From Nitrospirota bacterium (lineage in GTDB: Bacteria > Nitrospirota > Nitrospiria > Nitrospirales > NS-4), in the NCBI GenBank assembly GCA_963788195.1, contig CAWBGA010000004.1, forward strand, positions 1-64,000: a stretch of 64,000 bases of DNA, given 5' to 3'. The stretch's first letter is position 1, and each line of letters starts with the position of its first letter. Below, piece by piece: positions 1 to 8,319 of this stretch. The position numbers and the translations under genes are program-made. A model generated the notes under the pieces. The model had not been told where the DNA came from and made no database searches. It worked only from the letters and a program-made list of their open reading frames with translations.

Positions 1-239
1 GATGCTGATAATGCTGCGTCAGTCCCCAGCGTTCATGAAGAATGATGACGGCCGGAAACGGCCCTCCTTTTTGAGGCCATGCCTGAAATCCCTTGATCCT
101 GATCCCCTGAGTTCGCTTCGTGGGCGCGTAGGGGTCCACAGCCACGTCTAAGGGGTCGGGCATACCGATGCCACTCAAAAACTGCACATTGCCGGACCCG
201 ATATCTTGGCGTTCAAACTTGGTCGCCCGGTGGGGACAT
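1..239 (-). CDS. Dienelactone hydrolase-family protein, N-terminal part (runs off window)
   Basis: Manual translation of the minus strand gives ...IKGFQAWPQKGGPFPAVIILHERWGLTQHYQH, typical of DLH-family N-termini. ATG at 239 with a probable extra G in a GGG run. Not in the ORF track. Confidence 0.7.
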
Positions 240-1041
240 ACGATTTCTTGGTGCTGGCGGTGTCAATATTAATGAAAGGCATGGCGCCTGTCCCGCCGAT
301 GACCTGCGGAAATTTCCCATCCCATTTCTCGATGGCGCGTCGAGTTGCAGGATGATTGGGCTGATCGTTTCTTTTTGAATGCGCTGGGACTCAGCCTCCG
401 CGCGGGCGGTTACAACTTTTTGCTCGCCCTCAATCTTGATTCGCTCGAGGTCGCGTTGGGCCTTGAGTGCCAATTGCTCGGCCGTCTGTTTGGATTCAAT
501 CGCCTCCTTAAAGACATTGGAGAACTGAAAGTCCGTAATGTTCAGCTCATCCAATGAAATAAATGAAGTCATCAGGCGCTGATGCAATGCCGTCTTGATC
601 TCATTTATTACCATTTCCCGGCTTGGTGATCAGTTCCTCCGCCGTAAATCTGGCCGTGACGCCTTTGACAATCTCCTGTACGGCCGGATCGATAATTCGT
701 TTTTCATATTCCAGGCCGATCTCTTGAAAGATCTTATCCACCTTGTCAGGGAACAGGTGATAGTTCAGCACGATCTCCGTCGCAACCGTTTGAAGGTCCT
801 TCGAGGCGGCGGTGGCGCGGGTGTCGGATTTGCGAATACGCACATCGATTTTGGTAATCTGCTCAAAGTACGGGATGACGAAGTGAAAACCAGGTGGAAC
901 GATCCGCAGCGTGCCGCGAACCTTATTATAGACTACCCCGCGTTCCCCGGCTCCGATCAGGGTGAAGGGCCAGAGATACCATAGGAAAAAGAGCGCTACA
1001 GCGACGATAAGAAATGGCCCCATCTTTTTCAATCCGGGCAT
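240..1041 (-). CDS. Prohibitin/SPFH (band 7) membrane protein, frameshifted
   Basis: ORFs 601..1125 and 213..614 join: N-terminal TM, GERGVVYN, PGFHFVIP, SKDLQTV, AIESKQTAEQ; a third frame gives AIEKWDGKFPQV. 3' end approximate. Confidence 0.85.
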
Positions 1042-1178
1042 TTCGCTTATGGGGTCAATTCTTTGTTTAACGCCATGTGGCCTCCCGTGAATAAGATTGT
1101 CGCCCCTTAGGCGCTGACGCCGCACGCTGCTTTCGGCTCAGATGATGCGTCACCGTGATCTCGACGAGCAGGGAGAAC

Positions 1179-1371
1179 TTACTCACTGCTTCCCAGCATA
1201 TCATCGATCAGAGGCCGGTTGCGGTCGTAGCAATTGGGGCCAACATGGTCAAAGACCGCGTCGTGGTCCGCCGCTACATTGCGGTCATCAACCAGTTTTT
1301 CGGAGATAACAATTTCGTAACAGGCGTAGCACGGCCTGGAAGGGGCCACGCATTAAGGAGATGGTACGCAT
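1179..1371 (-). CDS. Small hypothetical protein (~64 aa), one frameshift
   Basis: Manual reading: MRTISLMRGPFQ.. then CYACYEIVISEKLVDDRNVAADHDAVFDHVGPNCYDRNRPLIDDMLGSSE-stop; co-oriented with neighbours. Confidence 0.55.
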
Positions 1372-1395
1372 CGTAGTTCTCTATGATGTGAAAAC

Positions 1396-1633
1396 CTAGG
1401 CTTCCGCGACAATGTGCGTGTCGGTTTCTTCTACGCCATCGATGGTATGAATTTTTGTGATGACGACATCAGAGAGAGCCTTCTCATCGCCGACTTCCAC
1501 AAAACTAAAGATATCCGGTTGACCGAAACAGGGATGCACCGACTGAACACCCGGGATTTTTTTAGAGGGATTTCACTACGTCCTTGGTTTTGCCCGCCTT
1601 GACCTTGATCAGGATGTACGCTTTCATCGCCAT
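1396..1633 (-). CDS. Stand-alone Lrp/AsnC ligand-binding (RAM) domain protein, frameshifted
   Basis: MAMKAYILIKVKAGKTKDVVKSL..CFGQPDIFSFVEVGDEKALSDVVITKIHTIDGVEETDTHIVAEA; AAGGGGGA RBS upstream. Confidence 0.8.
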
Positions 1634-1734
1634 AAATCGCTCCCCCTTACTTACTACGATCGTCGGGTGGCGATCATAGCGAGATCAGGGATTGGTTTAT
1701 CAAAGAGTGTAAGGCGTCATCTCAGGTGAAGGCA

Positions 1735-2303
1735 TTACCCCTCGCTCCTTTTCATATAATGCATGAAGGTCCTGTCCATCCCCCCGAGGGCGCGTTTGGC
1801 GTGCCAGTACACCCTCGCCATGACCTCCAGTTCCGAGCGGCCGACGTTGAATTCAGTTAGTCCAGCCATCACTTCCGGAGCATGAGTGGGAGGGTGAGAG
1901 GCGGCGTAGCTCAGAGATGGCCTCCAGTGTCCGAGAGGTAAGGGCGTCTGGCGGAAGAGCCTCGCCTTGTACCTGTTCCCCCTTCTGAAGGGCTTCAGAA
2001 AACCATTGTCGCGTCGCTTGATGGGTAGTTTTTCGCAATGCCGCCTGGGTTTGGATGAGTGCGTGTACCAATGTCTGTGCGTCCGGAGAGGCCTCCGGGG
2101 GCAGTGCATGTGCCTGTTCGAAGACAGACCAGGAGCGCCATGACATGTCCGACAAGAGCTTGGCTGGAGTTAGACGCTGGGATAGCGTGGCTTGCCAGGA
2201 GAGAAGATCATCAAGACGGCTGAAGCCAATCCGAGGATTTTCACTTATATGGTCGACCCGTGCAGATCGTCTTGCAGTGCCGGTTTGCAGAGTCAACGGC
2301 CAC
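1735..2303 (-). CDS. Hypothetical protein, frameshifted
   Basis: Overlapping ORFs 1853..2296 and 1735..2109 can be joined into one helical-looking protein; no recognised motif. Confidence 0.5.
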
Positions 2304-2380
2304 TTCCTTCAAGTATATCTGGACCCATTGGTGAGCCGGATCGATTGTACCTCTTTCCCTATTGCAGTGTCACATCATGG

Positions 2381-3904
2381 ATGCTGGCAAAGGTCAACAG
2401 CGTGGCGGTTGTGGGGTTGGATGCCCACGCAGTAGAAGTCGAAGTGGATCTTGCGGCGGGGCTGCCGATGTTTACCGTCGTGGGCCTTCCTGACCCTACT
2501 GTGCGGGAGAGCCGCGAGCGAGTGCGATCAGCGCTGCGTAATACCGGCCTCACATTTCCGCAGCGCAGGGTTACCGTCAATCTTGCGCCTGCCCACCTTC
2601 GCAAGGAAGGGGCCGGCTTTGATCTTCCCATTGCTCGGCATACTGGCTGCGGAAGGTCTGATTCCGATGGCGACGCTCCAACACTTTGTAGTGATCGGGG
2701 AATTGTCGCTGGAAGGTTTGGTGAAGCGGGTGCAGGGTGTGTTATCCATGGCCATGTTCTTCAAGGATCGGCCGATCAAAGGCTTTCTTGTACCGCGGGA
2801 GAATGGCGCGGAGGCAGCGATCGTCGGCGGCGTCACGATTTATCCCGTCGCCACAGTTCCGGAGGTTCTGGAGTTTCTCAACGGCAGGCAGGCGATTTCG
2901 CCGGCGGAACGATCACCGTTTGTGACTGATCCTGGAACGGTTGCGACATCCGATTTTGCTGAGGTCCGGGGTCAGCAGCATGCCAAACGCGCCCTGGAGG
3001 TGGCTGCCGCGGGCGGCCATAATGTCCTGCTCATGGGCCCGCCGGGATCGGGGAAAACCATGCTGGCGCAGCGACTTCCCGGCATTTTGCCGCCGATGTC
3101 GGAGCATGAGGATATCGAAAGCACGAGGATCCATAGTGTCGCAGGGATACTTGCTCATGATCAGCCTTTGTTAACGACGCGTCCATTTCGCGCCCCTCAT
3201 CAATCGATCTCTGACGCCGGTCTTATCGGGGGCGGAACATCGCCCCGGCCCGGGGAAGTCTCACTGGCCCATAACGGAGTACTGTTCCTTGATAAATTCC
3301 CGAATTTCGGCGGAACGTACTGGAGAGCCTCCGGCAGCCGCTGGAAGACGGGACAATCTGCATTACGCGGTCGGCTGCTTCCCTTACCTATCCGGCCCGG
3401 ATCATGCTCATTGCCGCAATGAATCCTTGTCCCTGCGGATTTCTCGGCGATGCGGTGCACCCTTGCACGTGCGGGCTGAGCCACATCCAGCAGTATCGAG
3501 GGAAAATCTCGGGCCCGCTCCTGGACCGTCTCGACCTTCATATCGATGTGCCTGCGGTCTCCTTGCGTGATTTAGCCACGGAGCAGCTAGGGGAAGAGTC
3601 TGCGGCGATTCGAAACCGCGTTCTCGCGGCTCGGAGGATTCAGACCCAGCGCTGTCAAGAAAGTCAGACGTACTGCAACGCGCAGCTTCGTCCGGGCCAG
3701 TTACGCAAATACTGCCCGCTGAACACATCAGCGCGAGCCTTGATTGAACACGCGGTGAGCCGTTGGGGTTTGTCGGCAAGATCGTACATGCGGATCGTCA
3801 AAATCTCCCGGACGATTGCGGATTTAGATGGACGCGATGAAATCGGAAATGCAGACGTGGCCGAGGCGATTCAGTATCGAAACCTGGATCGAAGGCATCG
3901 TTAA
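2381..3904 (+). CDS. comM: YifB/ComM family Mg-chelatase-like AAA+ ATPase, frameshifted
   Basis: [46 protein letters not shown], Walker [49 protein letters not shown], spread over several frames. Confidence 0.93.
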
Positions 3905-4112
3905 GTCGCCGGCTCCGCAGTCACGAACCGTCGCAAGACCCCCAACAAAGCTTTCACGACGGAGAGCGGGTTGAGTGAAATCTCCTAGTGCAGGTCCCTC
4001 CAATTATTTTCATTAATAGATCTCTTGCTAATCGTAATAGTCAGGTGTATCGTCGATCCGGAGCGACCGCTTCTGATGGATTCAGAGCCGTCTCTGGAAG
4101 TGAGAACCCGCC

Positions 4113-6722
4113 ATGTTCAATATCAATAGACGCCGTTTCCCTCGGACCCCAGTTATGCTGGCTGCTGCTCTGGATCTCAACGGTACGGAATTAGAGGCTA
4201 TGGCCCTTAGTATCAGTCAAGGGGGAGCTCTTATTGTTGCTGGCGTTGACTTCGACGTTGCTAAGAATCAAGCCATCCGGGTGAGGCTTCTTACCGATGC
4301 AGGCAGTATAGAGATCGATGCTCACTTACTGGGGGCTCGTGATCCGCGCCTCGCGAGGCGGGCCCCCCGGCGTTATGCGCATTTTGGATTTGCGATCCAA
4401 TTCGATCCGCTGGATGCAATGATTGCGTCGGTATTTGAATCAATTCTCGATGGAGTACGGCTGGATGCTATCAATGTCTCCATGAGAATCTCTGGCATTG
4501 CCTCTCTTCAAGGGAACCCAATCATAAAAGGGAACATAGTGCCCGGCACTGACCGACGGATTGTGCCGCGGATGGATGTGAAGCTTCCGGTGCTTGTGCG
4601 GTCAGACTCGGGGCCGCTCGACGTACCCGAGTCGACACTGACGAATCTCAGCGCAACGGGGGCGTGTCTTGAGATCAGCGCAGAACGCAAGGCCTTCGGA
4701 GATCGGATGATGTTGCACATCGCCCTCCCACCGGTTTTGCAACAAAAGATTCCGGGGCAGGAACAGGACACTGCCTCCCTGACTGCAGAAACGGTCTGGA
4801 CCGAGGCGGTCAAGGTCGCCGGTGAGGATACACAGGTTTCGACTCCTAGATTTCGTATCGGCGTAAGGCTTCTTTTCCGTGAGCGCAATAGCCAACCACG
4901 AATCGCCCGCCTTGTCGGTCAGTTGCTCATCGCAGCCGAGCGGTTCGACTTGCAAGTCGGCGGAATGATCACCACCGAAGCGGTGGAATGCCGAAACGAA
5001 CTGGACCAGCGCATCGTCGGTTACTTGGATCGTCCCAAACATGCGCTGCCGGGATCCCCGGTCGCCATCATTGTTCCGGGGTATGGGGAGAGCAAGCAAG
5101 CATATGTCGCATTGGGCTACTACTTAGCTGACAATGGCTTTCATGTGTTGCGCTACGACCATTGTGATCATATCGGAGAGAGCGACGGCGACCCCATAAA
5201 AACCACCCTGACGGGGTTCAAGCGAGACCTTCAGGCCGTGCTGGCGTTCGTAAAAGACACAAGGCCCGACAGTCCGATTGCGGTCATTGCCAACGGATTG
5301 GCCGGGCGCGTCGCATTGAAAACCGCCGCAGCGGATCGCCGGATGGATCTCTTGGTCATTTTGACCGGTATTGTCGACCTGCAGTTAGCTTGCCTCTCTC
5401 TGCATCAAGAAGATTTGATCGTCACGTTTCTTCGCGGAGCCAGGAGAGGAGTTTCGAACCTTCTCGGGATGCGGATCGATGCCGATCACTTTTTGCAAGA
5501 CGCTATCAAAGAAGGGTATGCAGACTTGCGGACGACGCTGCGAGACGCTCAGCAGATCCGGGGGCCGGTGATGTTTTTCGCAACCCACGAGGAACCGGGC
5601 GGATCAGTGTCGGCGGTGAATGAAGTGCGGGCGGTAATTGCCCGGCAGGCACTGTCGCAGGTCTTTCCAATTCCACAAACGCTACAGCAACTTCATGAAA
5701 ACCCCCGCAAGGAATGGGCGATGTTTCGTCAGCTCGTCTCATGTTGCATGACGCATCTTTCCCCAACGGCGGCCACACGGGAGATGATAGAACCGGCGCA
5801 ACTGGAAATCGGCCGCCAGAATCGGCTGGAGCGTCAACGGGCAAAGACCCACCGCCCCATTGAGAAATCTGGAAGTAAAGAGTTTTGGCACGCCTACTTG
5901 GACCATTTTCATTGCCTTGCGAATATTCCCGAATACTGGCATCTGCTGGATCAGATTTCCCGACTGCTGGGACCCATGGAGAAAGGGGCTACAATTCTCG
6001 ATGCAGGATGCGGGCCGGGCAATCTCGGGATGTGCATGCTGTTGAAAGACTTCTACCGCCGGCGGGGATCGTCCGGCGCGGGTTTCGACGGCTTGCGCTA
6101 TGTGGGCATAGAGGTGGACCAGAGCGTTTTAGCCCGGGCGGCGGTAAGTTTCTCAAATGTCGGCAATGACGCGCTTGTCATGGGAGGAGATCGAGAAGAT
6201 TCCCCCGAAATGGGCACATCGCTCACGTGCGCCGACCTCAATCGTCCGCTGCCGTTCCGGGATCATCAATTTAGTCGAGTCGTTTGCAATCTGGTACTTG
6301 GATATTTAGAGGATCCGATGTCGAGTCTCCTAGAGTTAGTTCGGGTTCTCGCTCCGGGCGGATTAATCATTGTGACCAGCTTGAAACCGTACGCTGACCT
6401 CATTGAGATTTACAAAAACTTTATGCTCAGGACCGACCTTCCAGAGGAAATTGAGGAAGCCGAGCGCCTGCTTAACACGGCCTGCAAGATCAAACAGGCC
6501 GAGAGTGACGGGCTCTTTCGGTCTTTCCAACCTGATGAAATTGCGATGTTGATGATTATGAGCGGCGTATCAGAGCCACAAGTATCCTCGACGTTCGGAA
6601 ATCAGGCGTATATTGTGGCGGCAAAAAAGCCACGTCATGATGAATATGATGAGGGCGTGCCCGAATATCTCACACAAGAATCCACCTTCGCGACCTCGAT
6701 GCCCGCTGCAGGTATCCCTTGA
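4113..6722 (+). CDS. Multidomain protein: PilZ - PilZ - LuxD-like alpha/beta-hydrolase - class I SAM methyltransferase
   Basis: RRRFPR..SISQGGA and RRIVPR..NLSATGA (PilZ RxxxR and D/NxSxxG motifs); YLADNGFHVLRYDHCDHIGESDG (LuxD-like); ILDAGCGPGN and DLNRPLPF..VVCNLVLGYL (methyltransferase). Intact 869-aa ORF. Confidence 0.85.
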   Translation: MFNINRRRFPRTPVMLAAALDLNGTELEAMALSISQGGALIVAGVDFDVAKNQAIRVRLLTDAGSIEIDAHLLGARDPRLARRAPRRYAHFGFAIQFDPLDAMIASVFESILDGVRLDAINVSMRISGIASLQGNPIIKGNIVPGTDRRIVPRMDVKLPVLVRSDSGPLDVPESTLTNLSATGACLEISAERKAFGDRMMLHIALPPVLQQKIPGQEQDTASLTAETVWTEAVKVAGEDTQVSTPRFRIGVRLLFRERNSQPRIARLVGQLLIAAERFDLQVGGMITTEAVECRNELDQRIVGYLDRPKHALPGSPVAIIVPGYGESKQAYVALGYYLADNGFHVLRYDHCDHIGESDGDPIKTTLTGFKRDLQAVLAFVKDTRPDSPIAVIANGLAGRVALKTAAADRRMDLLVILTGIVDLQLACLSLHQEDLIVTFLRGARRGVSNLLGMRIDADHFLQDAIKEGYADLRTTLRDAQQIRGPVMFFATHEEPGGSVSAVNEVRAVIARQALSQVFPIPQTLQQLHENPRKEWAMFRQLVSCCMTHLSPTAATREMIEPAQLEIGRQNRLERQRAKTHRPIEKSGSKEFWHAYLDHFHCLANIPEYWHLLDQISRLLGPMEKGATILDAGCGPGNLGMCMLLKDFYRRRGSSGAGFDGLRYVGIEVDQSVLARAAVSFSNVGNDALVMGGDREDSPEMGTSLTCADLNRPLPFRDHQFSRVVCNLVLGYLEDPMSSLLELVRVLAPGGLIIVTSLKPYADLIEIYKNFMLRTDLPEEIEEAERLLNTACKIKQAESDGLFRSFQPDEIAMLMIMSGVSEPQVSSTFGNQAYIVAAKKPRHDEYDEGVPEYLTQESTFATSMPAAGIP

Positions 6723-6836
6723 TGTAGCTCACTTCCCTTCCCGATTGTATGTTTACGTCCCGCCGCTAAGAAAGCGCTGGCGAAAGAATCCTGCGTGCCG
6801 AGAATGCATTATCCGGGCCTAAACTAAGTAAGGGGG

Positions 6837-6865
6837 TTGACTTAGGCCCTTTGGTCCGTTACAGT
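6837..6865 (+). promoter_or_regulatory. Putative sigma70 promoter for the HD-GYP gene
   Basis: TTGACT-17 nt-TACAGT, 36 nt before ATG 6902. Confidence 0.35.
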
Positions 6866-6901
6866 CATCATTCGCGATCGGCACCGACCAAGAGGGTTCC
6901 T

Positions 6902-7945
6902 ATGAGGGATGTATCCCGTCGCAATATTGCGACTCCCGCCGACCTGCAACAAGTTTTCACCGAGGGTGAAGCTGCGAAGGCCAGTATCCTCATCGTCGAG
7001 GATGAAGCAGGCCCCCGGGAGGCTCTCAAAATGATCCTCCGACCATTTTTTAACCTATACTCTGTTGATAATACGGAGGTCGCCCTGCAAGTCCTTCAAG
7101 AGCAGAAGATTGATCTTGTGACCTTGGATTTGAAGCTGCCGCGCAGACAAGGGATGGATTTACTGCAAGAAATCAAGCGCGAGCATGAAAATATTGAGGT
7201 CATTATCATCACTGGATATGGGAGTCTTCAGTCCGCGATGGAGGGGATCCGCTACGGGGCCGCTGCCTACCTGCTCAAACCCTTCAATGTGACGGAACTT
7301 ATTGAAGTTATTAATCAGACTCTGGACAAGAAGCATCGCTTCGACTGCCTGCGCAATGCCTTGCAAACGTGCGCCAAGATGTGGGGCCATGAAGTCGACG
7401 CGAAGACTGCTTGGAGGAATCTCTCGGATTTACTGGAGGCGAAGCATCCCGAACTCGTTCGCCACGCCAATAGGGTGAATTTCTACGCCTCGTTGGTCGC
7501 CGAGGAGCTGAATCTCTCCAAGGCTGATCGTGAATCCCTTGAAATAGGAGCATGTCTGCATGACATCGGCAAGGTTGGGTTGGACGAACAGCCTCCCAGC
7601 AAGGCCGAACCATCTGATCGTGACGATACGGAGAATATGAAACGGCACACGGATATTGGGATGCACATGACGGAGTCCCTAGCCTTGTCCGCCGATGTCG
7701 TGGCGATTATCCGTCATCACCACGAGTATTACGATGGCTCGGGCTATCCCGATGGGCTCAAGGGTGAGGACATTCCCTACCTTGCAAGAATCGTCTGCAT
7801 TGCAAATGAATTTGATTGGTTCCTTACGAGACGCTCCGAGCAAGACCCAACCGTCCAGGAAGAGGCCAGGGCATACGTGCGGAGTCAAGCGGGGCGATGT
7901 TTTGATCCAAAGCTTGCAAAGGTGTTTGCCCAGGTCGTTAGATAG
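6902..7945 (+). CDS. Response regulator with REC and HD-GYP domains (RpfG-like c-di-GMP phosphodiesterase family)
   Basis: ILIVEDE, VTLDLKLP, IITG, LLKPF (REC); LHDIGK and HHHEYYDGSGYPDGLKGEDIP (HD-GYP). Confidence 0.92.
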   Translation: MRDVSRRNIATPADLQQVFTEGEAAKASILIVEDEAGPREALKMILRPFFNLYSVDNTEVALQVLQEQKIDLVTLDLKLPRRQGMDLLQEIKREHENIEVIIITGYGSLQSAMEGIRYGAAAYLLKPFNVTELIEVINQTLDKKHRFDCLRNALQTCAKMWGHEVDAKTAWRNLSDLLEAKHPELVRHANRVNFYASLVAEELNLSKADRESLEIGACLHDIGKVGLDEQPPSKAEPSDRDDTENMKRHTDIGMHMTESLALSADVVAIIRHHHEYYDGSGYPDGLKGEDIPYLARIVCIANEFDWFLTRRSEQDPTVQEEARAYVRSQAGRCFDPKLAKVFAQVVR

Positions 7946-8056
7946 CTGGTCTGCATCGTACCGCCACCCAGTTCGGGTGACTTTGATAGGGACGGCTTGA
8001 TGACACAGCAATGCCGTCACTTCTCTCTCAGTCGACTTTTCCTTTCTTGCAATAGA

Positions 8057-8290
8057 TTGCACCCGACGTTGCACCCGCCCACCCCGGCGCTGCCATCGCA
8101 CCCACCAACCCTGGAATCTGCCAAGACAGACTCCTTAGCCCCTGGACAGCGCCTTGGCCCGTGGCACCCGCCCACCCTGGAATCTGCCCGGACAGATTCC
8201 TTTGCCCTTGGGCACCCGCCCGCCCTGGAATCATTTCGACCCGTTGCATATGGAAGGCAACGGGTGCCCCGGACAGATTCCTTTGCCCCC
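8057..8290 (+). repeat. Cluster 1 of modular hairpin mini-elements (REP/MITE-like)
   Basis: Repeated GCACCCRCCC leader followed by GGAATCTG-CCAAGA/CCCGGA-CAGA(T/C)TCC hairpins and a TTTGCCCC-like tail; nested copies. Confidence 0.85.
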
Positions 8291-8319
8291 AGCTCACTGC
8301 CTCCAAGTAGGGTCTTTTG

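Noticed and set aside
4970..5850. Bioluminescence (lux) operon
   Set aside because: Only a LuxD-like domain inside a fusion; no luxA/B/C/E in the window, and the triad looks altered.
8057..8290. CRISPR array
   Set aside because: Repeats are degenerate, nested and abutting, with no unique regular-length spacers and no cas genes in the window.
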